Origin: Octopus bimaculoides
Lineage: Eukaryota
Length of the DNA stretch: 46,433 nucleotides
Assembly (NCBI RefSeq): GCF_001194135.2
Contig: NC_068982.1
Coordinates: 159,390,162 to 159,436,594 of the forward strand
Direction of reading: 5' to 3'
Each line of letters begins with the position of its first letter. The first letter of the stretch is position 1. Below are positions 25,776 through 38,613 of this stretch, in pieces. A program made the translations under genes and the position numbers. A model generated the notes under the pieces. That model did not search any database, was not told where the DNA came from, and saw only the letters and a program-made list of their open reading frames with translations.

Positions 25776-25952
25776 GAGGATCAAGAGTCCTGGATTTCCT
25801 GACCCATATTCTCATAGGCTGTTTTCCAGGATTCTGTGGTACCTGAGAAAAATAGGTAGTCGCATGATTATATATTTTTGCCAACTGAATGAATGGAAGC
25901 AACTAGAAATGAAGTATTTGACTCNNNNNNNNNNNNNNNNNNNNNNNNNNNN

Positions 25953-26001
<49 letters not shown>

Positions 26002-27737
26002 GTATGCATGAATATATATACAGCACGCACACACACACATACACACTGACACACATCGTGTTTGAGTGGATACACACATTTACATCCAATATTGTCTCTG
26101 GCGTCTACATGTCTAAAATGAACTACCAGAATAAAATAGATTGACGTCATTTTCAATATACGTCGAGTTGCGAACACTTAAAAAACAAATAGCTCTACAA
26201 ATGTCAAAGAGAAATCTAAACTGTTACCTTCAGAATGAAAATGGCGTCAGTATGATAAGAAGTTCAATAGTTGTCATATATATATATGTTAATAATCGTA
26301 TGTTTCAGAAAGCCTGTATATTATAAGTAAGTACATGTTTATAACACTGTGAGACATATATTCCTTTCGTTGATTTCTATCAGACTTGCTAGTGTGAAAT
26401 TGCTTCTGCATTATCATTATCGGTATCCAATTCATTATTACATCAATTAAACTTTTCATATAATGATCACAAGGAAGGTATACATATATGGGTATGTAAA
26501 TAAATATACAGCATCACTCAAATACGAAACACGTACACGGATAAAGAGTTAGATAGATAGATATGTGTGTGCGTATATATATATACAGGCGCACACACAA
26601 AGGGAGAGAAATGAGTGAATGCCTTTGTATGTGTGATTTCGCTAGTATGTGAGTGCATGCGTCATTGGAAGCACAATTTGCTTAACAACACACTTCCTTC
26701 ACACACGAATATACAAAACTTACAAATACACACGCACACACACACGCACACGCACACACACACACACCTTCGATTACTTGCAAAACAGGCACAAGCCAAA
26801 GCATACTTACTACCCTATATTTCTATACCTTTTTTTTTTGTTTCTTATTTGTGTGGATAGGAGCGTCAAACCAAATAAGTAAATTAGACTGGCTTGAAAG
26901 TCAAGTGATCATTTGACTGATGCTTTTATTAGAATATCTAATAGTGGGTGGCAGGACATCAGGCATGCTGAGTTGCCACCTAAACTACTTTTCCGGTGAC
27001 TTTACAAGCATATACATTTGAAGTATGGAAATAGGTTCCGAAACGGTACCCCTCATAACAATGCCTTTCTTGAGCTAGTGCCACTGTGATATTGTGGAAG
27101 CAAAAGACAGTTTGAAGATGTTGTAAATGATCAAAGTGGGATTTCTGCACATGTCTGTAACACAGTGCTGTATACTATATTACTCCTATATTACAAACTA
27201 TGTAATAAAATATGCAATAGTAATCATTTGGTGATATATAAATATGGTTGACTATGGTATTATACTATATGCATATAATTATATATGTGTGCGCCCGCAC
27301 GCATCTCTGTCTCTGAGTGTGTGTGTGTGTTAGTATGTTTGTGTGTGAGTGTATGTGTGTTTTTTATTTTTAGTGTGAATACGTGCTCATATATGTATGT
27401 ATAGAAAGGATACACTACGAAATGATATGCATATTTCATATGTGTGAAGCTTAGCAGCAAAAATGTGTTTCTATTTGCATATTACACTCATAATTTTGAT
27501 ATGTTACAATGTGCAAATTTTAGTTAATACGAAATATACACGTTATATGCAATAAAAACAAATGAATAAAATAGTTTATAAATATAACATAATTTCCTTT
27601 GATTTTATATTATAAAATAGTAATGTTTATAAACTGCATATATGTGGGTGCATACATGTGTATATATGTATATATACATATACACATATATATATACATA
27701 TATGTATGTGTATATATATATCTGCTTCTCTATATCA

Positions 27738-27770
<33 letters not shown>

Positions 27771-28147
27771 NNNNNNNNNNNNNNNNNNNNNNNNNNNNNN
27801 NNNNNNNNNNNNNNNNNNNNNNNNNNNNNNNNNNNNNNNNNNNNNNNNNNNNNNNNNNNNNNNNNNNNNNNNNNNNNNNNNNNNNNNNNNNNNNNNNNNN
27901 NNNNNNNNNNNNNNNNNNNNNNNNNNNNNNNNNNNNNNNNNNNNNNNNNNNNNNNNNNNNNNNNNNNNNNNNNNNNNNNNNNNNNNNNNNNNNNNNNNNN
28001 NNNNNNNNNNNNNNNNNNNNNNNNNNNNNNNNNNNNNNNNNNNNNNNNNNNNNNNNNNNNNNNNNNNNNNNNNNNNNNNNNNNNNNNNNNNNNNNNNNNN
28101 NNNNNNNNNNNNNNNNNNNNNNNNNNNNNNNNNNNNNNNNNNNNNNN

Positions 28148-28181
<34 letters not shown>

Positions 28182-28876
28182 CATGTGCATGTGTGAGTAT
28201 GTGTGTGTGTGTGTGTGAAAATGTAAACCTCATACCTGACATGCATCTGATACAATATGACTTAGCACAATACAATAGAACATATATATATTAATCAATG
28301 TGTGATCATCATACTTATTTTATGCATCATATGAACTATCTATGAATTAATACGAATGTATTACGAAGGCTACATAAAAAGAACTGTGTATGATAAATGT
28401 ATGCTTATGCAGAATACCACAAGGTATATTGTGTTGAAAATCATAATGTAACAGTGGCGCTTTTTCGTGTGTGAACGGATTATGATTCTTTATATATGCA
28501 TGAAAGTGTCTATGTGTATATATATTAATCAAACTTGATAAGGAGATAAAGACATAAATTTCCAGTAAACAGAATTATGCAGACACATATAAATGAGAGT
28601 AGACACAAAGATAGATTCAGGAAAGTATAAATATATATCGATGAAGGCAAGCCGATAAATTGATACATAACAGGCAGCAAATAAATTATTACAAAGGGAA
28701 AATATTGACATGATACGTTTTTATGCTTTTTTTTCTTGTGTGCAACTGCGTGTGTACTAATATTTCTATATGAAAGCATACATACACATAGATGTATGGA
28801 AATGTATGTATGTGTTCGTGCATATGTGTGTATATACGTGCGTGTATATATGCACGCGTTTGGTATGTATAAGTTT

Positions 28877-28940
<64 letters not shown>

Positions 28941-29095
28941 CACTTCCAACTAGTGAAAGTTAAACATTATTTGATATGCACAATTTATGAAAGAGTTACA
29001 AATAGTTTCATCCTTCATAGATACAATAATTTCAAAAGATTATATGACATGCCATGCATTTCCAAGCCATCTTTCAGTCTCAAAGTCTAAATGTA

Positions 29096-29108
29096 TCTAT
29101 CTATCTAC

Positions 29109-29140
<32 letters not shown>

Positions 29141-29141
29141 A

Positions 29142-29174
<33 letters not shown>

Positions 29175-29183
29175 CTGTTTCTC

Positions 29184-29215
<32 letters not shown>
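29096..29215. repeat. (ATCT)n and (CT)n microsatellites leading into a gap
   Basis: Direct reading. Confidence 0.95.
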
Positions 29216-29715
29216 NNNNNNNNNNNNNNNNNNNNNNNNNNNNNNNNNNNNNNNNNNNNNNNNNNNNNNNNNNNNNNNNNNNNNNNNNNNNNNNNNNNNN
29301 NNNNNNNNNNNNNNNNNNNNNNNNNNNNNNNNNNNNNNNNNNNNNNNNNNNNNNNNNNNNNNNNNNNNNNNNNNNNNNNNNNNNNNNNNNNNNNNNNNNN
29401 NNNNNNNNNNNNNNNNNNNNNNNNNNNNNNNNNNNNNNNNNNNNNNNNNNNNNNNNNNNNNNNNNNNNNNNNNNNNNNNNNNNNNNNNNNNNNNNNNNNN
29501 NNNNNNNNNNNNNNNNNNNNNNNNNNNNNNNNNNNNNNNNNNNNNNNNNNNNNNNNNNNNNNNNNNNNNNNNNNNNNNNNNNNNNNNNNNNNNNNNNNNN
29601 NNNNNNNNNNNNNNNNNNNNNNNNNNNNNNNNNNNNAGTTCTCAACATGAAATATAGCAGCATACCAAAAACGTGAGCGGGCAAGACATTTAAAATCACC
29701 TAAAAAATCATTATT

Positions 29716-29780
29716 AAACAGGAACCAGGTTTCGGATTTAACAAATTCTTACCATTTGTCTATTCCTCATCAGCCTGATT
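29716..29780 (-). ncRNA. minimal type I hammerhead ribozyme with intact catalytic core
   Basis: Minus strand: AATCAGG CTGATGA GGA-ATAGACAAAT-ggtaaga-ATTTGTTAAA-TCC GAAA CCTG GTT CCTGTTT. Stem I is 6/7 paired, stem II is extended, stem III ACCTGGT is near-palindromic, and the NUH triplet is GUU. Confidence 0.75.
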
Positions 29781-31934
29781 TGTAATGTAACAGCAATTAT
29801 CAGAATCGTATACATAGTTGCCCACCGCCATGGGGGCGCGTGCATATGGTTCTGCTAATTACAGCTTAATGGTAAAATTCAAAAGTCTTCGTTTTGGCGC
29901 GCTAATTCCAGGAATATATCCACAGAAAATATTTACTGCGTCGAATATATTCAGTATGAGAACATGAGTAATGGGTATTAATCGATATTAATTAATATAT
30001 TAATATATGACTAATCACCAGATCTTATAATAATATTTACCCAGATCTTATAATAATATGTGTTGTATATTCAACACATTTAAAATATCACCGTAAATCT
30101 ATAATGATTATATTGCTCTAATTGAACCAATTTCAACATTATAACTAAATATATAATGTACTTTCTTTGAAATATGGCAGAGGAATCAGTGTCACATATA
30201 ACAAGTGCATATTTCGTCTCATTTTCTTTTACATCTTGAATACGTGCTGGTTCGAACATTATGTGAATCAGCGATGAAAAACAGAATAAGAAAAGAAACA
30301 TCAAATTTTATTGCCAATATCGTGCACGATGAATGCCAACAAACTGGTAAAGAGACTTGTTCTGGCTTATAACACAATTCTATTTGCATTGATCTAATAG
30401 CGATTGTTTGTAGTACAATTGAACAACTCATTATTGATCTACATCGGTCAATGGGAGGTTATAATATTTGCCAAAAGGTGAATATATAGATATAATAAAC
30501 AAGGCGTCTATAATAAACTGATATTGACATTTCCTGCAGATTTGGATAAATATGCTGGATTTAAAAGATTAATGGTTTAACGTACATTATAGAGTGTAGT
30601 CGAATATCTTAGATTGCTTTCATAAATTTGCTTAAAATATTATGCAATTACATAAGTCAGCTAATTTTATGTTTACATATATATTAACAACCTCTGAAGC
30701 AATCCAATGAATAACCGCCTATGCAATTTTCACACTATAAAATATCCGACTTTATCCCCCTCAGATCCCTTACTACTGCCTAAGCCTAGGCAGGGCACAT
30801 TTAGCCTTAATATAAGAAGTAAGGAAGTGGAGATATAACAAATTTAAATTACCAGAGTTCTAGTATATTTAATACAAAAGTGCATGGAATATATGTATTA
30901 AGAGAAAAAATGTTCAAATTACACATGGTGGTAGTGTAAAATCTTCCTCTGTGTAAAATTACTACTCCAGAAATTCGACCACTAACAGCTATACAGTTGC
31001 CATCAATGAAACCAAATCTGAAACTGCTGTAGTTCCGTTCTGCATTTCCAACGTATTTCCAGCAACTTCAACTTTCGCATCAAACCGAAGATTGCCTTTC
31101 ATTGCAGCGAAACGTAAATGCAGGAGTGCATCAGATTCGTCCTAAACACTAGTTACCCCAGTTTGCATGTTACCCGAATCTTTGCCCAAAATGCGTACAG
31201 TCCAACATAAGCGTGGCAAATTTAGATCTGTTTTCAGATTCATAATCAATTTCTTTTTCTAATAATGACTTTTTCTGAGATTATCGAATGTTTCAGTGTA
31301 CCTCTTCCACTACAGGAACGTTCCAGAATATGAAGGAGACGAATGTCAATCTCCAAGTTATCACTATGATTTTCCGAACCAATCGCTGGCTCATACCATT
31401 CTTAGGCCTTGTAGAGGTGTAGGCTGATAAGTCGTTCCTGATTCCTAAAGTTGTGTCCATTTTTCCTCCCTGTCAACAGATTAGATCAGATTCCTATCGC
31501 CTTCCCTTAGAATTGGATGACAAATGTCGAAGGAAACAATTTGATTTCAATTTCTGGTACATAAATTATCCAACATTTTAGTAATGTATATATCTATAAT
31601 CCAGTTATGTAACATTTGCGTACAGAATTATGATTAACTGGTGCACAAATTAATTCATTGACAGTTGATTTGTATCTGTGGTACTTAATCGAGGGTCTCC
31701 TATTGTTTAGTTTGTCTTCAATACTTTTTACATCTTCTTTCATTTTCATACATAAATATTCATCTTTCTTGTGATTGTGTCATTTACTCTGTAAAGCCTT
31801 AACATATCTTACTAAGCGGTACTGCATCTTTATTTTCATTGTAGTGAGAAGATTACATGGCTAGATTTGAGCTCATCGTCCCAGTGAAAGGAATATTGAA
31901 TTTTCCCAATTAAGGATTGAAAAACACACCGGTC

Positions 31935-31936
<2 letters not shown>

Positions 31937-31967
<31 letters not shown>

Positions 31968-32028
31968 CATACATACATACCTACAAACATACATACATAC
32001 ATACATACCTACAAACATACATACATAC
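31937..32028. repeat. (ATAC)n microsatellite
   Basis: Direct reading. Confidence 0.95.
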
Positions 32029-34123
32029 AAACAACCCGCAAGATACTGACATCTCCGCAATCCAGTAACTAGTAAGTTACTAAAGGAATTAAATCTTATA
32101 CCATATTTAAGGAATAATATATTTTTAATACTGAATTGTCTCACTTAAAATAATAATGTGAATATTGCATACCTAATACTTTATCCCTCTGGTTATATTC
32201 CGTTTGGCGAACAATGTAAAACTTTACCGTCGATGTCTTTTGGTAATTAGAGCATGAAATATATAGGCGGGAGCAGAATGGAATAGTAGATAAACAAATA
32301 TTAATCCTTAGACTCCTATGAGCCTATCCTGACATGTACTTCAACCTGAGCTCCCAGTGAAAATTTGCAAAACTTTTAGCTATGCTTAATTTTTTTTATG
32401 TACTTTTTTTGTTATTAATGATAAATAAACAAATAAAATACCTGTTTCATGTTGTTTATTTTATTTTCTCATTTCTACCTCGAAAACTGAACCTTAGCGT
32501 GCCAGTCACGCCAGCAATTTTGTTGTGGTACCCCGACGCACAAGAAAGCTTTACAATAATTACACCAATAAACTCTTTTTTACTTTTTGGGAAGGTCCTT
32601 CTATGCAGCACTTGGATTTTGTTTTCTAGCCCTATTCGGCTATGAACAGAAACCTAAACTGCGATGTAAATCGGTTTTTTATTGGCTAAATAGTAGCAGC
32701 CTAGCGGGTATATATATTGTACGCTCAAGCTGGAAAACCAGCCTGGCAGATTGAAAGGGCTAATGTTCGACTTTTGTAAAATGCAATTAATTCCAGCTTT
32801 TAAATAAAGTTCAATAGTGAAAGACAAAAAAAAACTACGAATTTCATCGAATTTCATTAACCATTATTTGTATCGATAAAATCAACAAAGCTTTAATTGC
32901 TACTACATTTTATTGTGTATTACAAGATGTATGTGTGTATTCGGAATTACGTTTGTAGGGTTTGTTTACACTCGCTGCTACCACGGATTCGGTCTCACCG
33001 GTAATCCCATGTTCTCTCCCACCGTTTTTCTATCTATCATCACCTCTTGCTGAATATAAATATTGTAAACCTATAATGTGATAGCTTTCCTCCATCTTAC
33101 CCGCACCTCATTCACCTTTAGTACGCATACTTCACTGTCTCCGTCTCTCTTAAACTCTCCCTTCAAATTAACCATTACATTCTAAACAAACATACATAAG
33201 CAGACAAATATAGACTTTGATTTTGTAATGTTTTCCCTTACCAACCGTGATCAAATAGAGGTAAACGATTTGTGTAGATAGGTTTATCATGTTTCTTTGT
33301 ACGTAATGGAGAGAATTATTCAATATCATCGTTTATTAAAAGGCGATAGTGATTAGGTGTCTATTAATTCTAGTATCATGTAAATAATTACTAGAATTGC
33401 TTATCTCGTATCAAAAAGGAAATAAGTATAAGCATACAATATTTGACTTATTTCTATTGATAATTAAAAATTCTGTATTAAGTGTGCCGTCCTCCTCGCC
33501 ATAATAATTCTACTACAATACAAAGTAGAAAATGCTGAGATTCACACATTTCATGAAACGAATCATGATTTCTTGTGATGTTCACGATTTTCTCTTCACA
33601 TGTTTTTCTCGTGTGAAATTGCTGATTTAGAAACATCTGCAAATATCACACATTTTTTTGTATAATGCTAATATCAGTTGATTCCAAATATATTCACTGA
33701 AGTTTTAAGTCGTATATTAAAGTTTCAGATAGTTTAACATGGAGAAAATACTCTTATAAAATACACATATTATATTTGCAACTGTCACGATAATTAAAGT
33801 AAGGTTCATACATATGATTTTCTCGTTAATTTTTTAAAGTTACTTCTTGCACCAAATCTATAAATACACACACCCATCCATACATGCATGCATGTATGAA
33901 TACACGGTCATATTTTCTCACACACTCATGTTTAATCAAGCACACATATATAGACAAATGTGTGTCGGTATGTTAATTTTTCTATATGTGATAGTGGATT
34001 TTCATCGATGAGTTCTTGAAAATTGGTTATTTTCCCTAAAACTATATATATTTTATATATACTTTATCTATAAGGCTCAATTTAATTTTTTATAAATTNN
34101 NNNNNNNNNNNNNNNNNNNNNNN

Positions 34124-34161
<38 letters not shown>

Positions 34162-36001
34162 CAAGATATGTGTCTATTGTTATTAATATACCCTTCTTTA
34201 TATTGATGCGTATCCATGCATGCATATCATATGCACACGCTCACTTACACACAGGCACATACACACAAACGCATCACACACACGCACACACACACACACA
34301 CACACATAAACACACATACAACGTGAATGAGATAAGAGATATATTATGAATGTGGTTTTGATGAAGCATTATTTTGCTTTACATTTTCTAAACATGTTTT
34401 GCGTGTACTTCATTGTATGTGCTTTGAATATGTTTCATTTGCCAATTGTTTTCTTTACTAATGATTCGTGATGTTCCACAATTCATCGGAAGTTTGTCTA
34501 ACTCATTTATTGATTTGTGCAAGTAATCATGTCTTTTCATCTCTGCTCGCCTGATTCTACCTATACATAACATGTATACATACATAGATACATTCATACA
34601 TACATTCATACATACATACATACATATATACATACATACATACATACATACATGCATGCATTCATTCATACGAACAGAAATGTATGTCTATACATATAAT
34701 TATGTATATGTGTATGTATATATGTATGCATGCATGCAAATACGTATATAAAAGATTAATGCCTCCCTAGTGTTTTCTCTGAAATGTTTGTCTAATTTTC
34801 ATACCAACTGACACATGCCAAAATACGTTTTCATATAAACACACACATATCATTTGTGCTATTCTGCACATATATGCGTACGTGTGTTTGTATTATTTCT
34901 AAAAGGGAATTCTATAGCCTATAAGAATTCTCACAATTGCACATATTAAACCACATGCATATATTTAAATAAGTAAACATGAAAATAAAATGATATTTAA
35001 TCTAATATGATTCATATTGGTATAGTTTGCTGTTTGGCATAAATTCGATTTATTCTTAGACTCAGTTTTCATGTTTGGTATCTCTTTGCTTCGTTTTAGA
35101 ATAGTGTGTGTTCATTGTTTTTCTGTTCTTATTTTTCTTACTGCTGTTATATTATTACTTTCATTGAAAAATTAATGCGGAGTGAATTTTGAAAATTAAA
35201 GACACACAAATGTACTATGAACCTTTATTCAAAGTTTTTTTTGTCTAATGCTACCTCATCGATGCCATTTCGTTGAATGAATCATTATGAAAAAAATGCT
35301 CGTTGAAACGAAGTTTCATAAAAAGACATCTTATGGATTTTTTTTCAAAGTACTTTTTCCAAAGTTGTTTTATTAAAATATTATTCTATAAAATAATTAC
35401 AGGTACAGAGAAATTGTAATTATAGAATAATCCGTAATACAAAATAAATGTTGCAGATTTCACATATTTCTTTTAAAGTATTATATTGTTTAAAATGTCT
35501 GTAGAATAATATTACATGTAGAATATTTCAAATTTTCTTTTCATCTTCAAGTAAAGTTTTGCTTTCATAACTTTGGGTAGCACCAACTAAATGCTAAAAT
35601 ACAAGGGTTTGTGGAATGTTCGGGTGGAAAGTTCTCTGAACTTACGCTGATATCCCGTATTAGCATTTCTGACTTGCATTCTAGACAATGGATTTTCTAC
35701 TTTAGTAGATGTTGAATCTGCTAAGAGATTGCTTTTGGTTGGATGGATTTAATTCAATTTCCCTCTCTATTCATTCGAGTTTTACTTGTCAAATATTTGT
35801 TACAACTGCAATATAATATACTGTTGGCAGTCTTATTGTTAGTGTATGAAAAGATATTGCAAATCAGCTACAGTGTTTCTTTACACCACCATTTTACTTA
35901 TGGGAAACAAATTTTGTGTCTGGTAGACATGCAAATGTCTGTTAAAATGCGTACCCAACGTTTTATTGATTTGCAGCGAACTTCCATCGCATTGCAAAAT
36001 A

Positions 36002-36227
36002 CAGTAGCACCTCGGTTTTCGAACAATTCTGACCACGAATAAATCGTGCTTTATATATATATATATATATNNNNNNNNNNNNNNNNNNNNNNNNNNNNNN
36101 NNNNNNNNNNNNNNNNNNNNNNNNNNNNNNNNNNNNNNNNNNNNNNNNNNNNNNNNNNNNNNNNNNNNNNNNNNNNNNNNNNNNNNNNNNNNNNNNNNNN
36201 NNNNNNNNNNNNNNTATATATATCAAC

Positions 36228-36262
<35 letters not shown>

Positions 36263-36326
36263 GGGGGGGGTGTATTAAGCACGATTTATTCGTGATCAGA
36301 GTTGTTCGAAAACCGAGGTACTACTG
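36002..36326. mobile_element. pogo/Tigger-like MITE with ~50 bp TIRs and TA TSD
   Basis: TA|CAGTAGCACCTCGGTTTTCGAACAATTCTGACCACGAATAAATCGTGCTT ... AAGCACGATTTATTCGTGATCAGAGTTGTTCGAAAACCGAGGTACTACTG|TA. The interior is (TA)n, an N-gap and (TG)/(G) runs. Confidence 0.88.
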
Positions 36327-36569
36327 TATTTAAAAGCAAGCATAATCTCACAAATGCGTGCTTGTTCTATAAATCTTACGAATAATACTTCTTGATATTT
36401 CCAACTAATTAGCGATCAAAATATATCTGATTATTTGGAAATTCCGTACGATAGACAGTTGCTTCAAGCTATAGGACAATTTCAAGTATTCTTTGCTTAA
36501 AACTGTCATATTAATAAAGACATCTACAGAGATGTTATTCAAATAAGTATCTGATACATGTAATGTGTA

Positions 36570-37828
36570 TTAGGTTGTCTCACATGAAATGTCGTATTTT
36601 AAATGGGTTTCTTATGAGTCATCTATAATTGATATTTTAATGAGTTTCTATGCATATGCATGTGTTTACTCTTCATTCATTTTCCGCCTAGACAATATTA
36701 TTATTCTAAATTGCTACCCACAGCACTTATGATAATGCTGACATTTTCTTGTAGGAATTTTCTTGTAGGAATTTTCTTGTAGTGATTTTCTTGTAGGAAT
36801 ACAAGCTGGAGCACTCTGCCACCGAAGCTCTGCGAAACATCAAGCGGGCTTTTGGTAACGATTCTGTTGACATTAGGACTGTTCAGAGATGGTTCCAAAG
36901 ATTTCGTTCAGGCAATGTAATTCTTAAAAATGAACCAAAGGTGAGACCAAAATCAGTTATTCAGCATGATGAATTGAATGCTTTGGTTACACGAAATCTG
37001 AGAACAGGCCCGAAAAATCAGATCAGAGCTCCAGGCATCTCAATCAACTGCTTTTCGACGCTTGAAGTAAATTGGAAAAGTCAAAAAGATGGTCAACTTT
37101 GTTCCCCTTCAACTTAATGAGATTCGAAGAAACAGGCACCTTACAACGTGTTCAATGTTGATTTCTCCGTTCCAAAGAGAACCATTTTTGTATCGATTCA
37201 TTGCGTGTGATGAGAAATGGGTACTATTTGATAACAGCAGGAGGACAGAACAGTGGATAGATGCAGGGGCGTCACCAAAACACTACCCAAAATCACCATT
37301 GACCCTGAAAAGCTGAAAGTCACTGTATGGTGGTCAACAAGTGGGATTAATCATTATTCATTTTTGCAACAGGGAAAAACTGTAAAAGCAACATCCTATT
37401 GTTAGAAAATTAATCGAATGCATGGAAAATTAAAAAAAAGAAGCAACTCAGATTAGTGAATAGAGATGGCGGAATGCTGCTTCATGATAATTCACGGCCA
37501 CACACTTCTCAAGCTACGGCCCCCAAGCTGCAAAGCCTGAATTATGAAATTTTGGCACACCCCACTTATTCTCCTAATATCTCTCCTATTGATTATCACA
37601 TACTTCAACATTTCGAGCTTGCTATACGCAATAAAACATTCTTCAATAAAGAAGAGGTAATTGAAGCATTCGAACAGTTTATCAGTGTAAAAGATGACAA
37701 ATGCATTGGAGATGGAATATGGTGAAGATCGTAAATGAAGAATGATCATATTTAAAACTTTAAAAAGACATTTTTAATGTTTCCTTGTTCAAATGTGCAA
37801 ATGCGACATTTTATGTGAGACAATCTAA
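36570..37828 (+). mobile_element. full-length decayed mariner (DD34D) transposon
   Basis: TA|TTAGGTTGTCTCACATGAAATGTCGTATTT left TIR and AAATGCGACATTTTATGTGAGACAATCTAA|TA right TIR. The transposase remnants are YKLEHSATEALRNIKRAFGNDSVDIRTVQRWFQRFRSG (HTH), CDEKW, and HDNSRPH...YSPNISPID with 34 residues between the second and third Asp. Stops and frameshifts are present. Confidence 0.95.
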
Positions 37829-38228
37829 TATTATTTAAAATGATCTACTTGAAAATAGTTCGTTCATCAGAAACAATATATGTACAGAAAATATGTTAAG
37901 GTAATCTTTTCGACATCTAGTAAAATGCCATTGAGTGAAAAGTTGTTTTAGTAAGATGTCGCTTCCATGAAGTAATATTCAACGAACTGCTTTTCAGTTT
38001 GAAATATAGTTTTCATAACGAAAAATAAACTTGGTTGTTGAATAAATACTATTTCGATGAAACCTCACCCGAGGAGGTGTGCTGATGAAAAGCTCTCATA
38101 ATATAACTATTGTTACATGCAAAATTGAATCTATAGAATATGCTCGCTCACAAATAATTTCCACGAATGGACATCTTCCATACATTTCAATATTAAAAAT
38201 GTAATAGTATAATATAGGCACTTATTAA

Positions 38229-38380
38229 GACGGTGAGATGGTAAGCATATTAGTACGCCGGACAAAGAGCTTAACGGCATTTCTTTCGGCATTACGTTCT
38301 GAATTGCAATGCCACCGAGGTCTAAGTAGCCTCTCATTTTTTCGGTGTTGAAAAAATAAGTAGCAGTCGAACACTGGGTA
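38229..38380 (+). mobile_element. tRNA-derived SINE family 1 copy (old)
   Basis: GACGGTGAGATGG...TTAGTACGCCGGACAAAGAGCTTAACGGCATTTC...AAAATAAGTAGCAGTCGAACACTGGG, homologous to 12507 and 40223. Confidence 0.7.
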
Positions 38381-38613
38381 ATGGACTTTCCCCATGCCAT
38401 TAAATTTCAGTACTTTTGCTTAGAGTAGGAAAAGATTAAGCTAAATAGTAAAGTAAAAAGAAAATATTAATCTGAAATACGGAGATGTACTTGCATAGCA
38501 AGTGACCTGATCTGAGATCGTTTGCTGAAATGATATCAATTGCAGCGTGGAAGGTGTTTATAAGCGATTTAAAACACACAAAAACCGTTAGATTCACTTC
38601 AACATTTAAATTC

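Noticed and set aside
27017-27050. TTGAAGTAT GGAA/TTCC GAAACGGTA hammerhead-like motif
   Set aside because: The core does not fit and there is no stem I.
31085-31122. CCGAAGA...GCGAAACGTA hammerhead-like motif
   Set aside because: U4 is altered, stem II has only 2 bp and stem I does not pair in register.
32565-32717. CCAAT (32565), ATTGG (32681) and TATA-like (32709) motifs as a promoter
   Set aside because: Short motifs are expected by chance in AT-rich DNA and there is no associated gene or transcript evidence.
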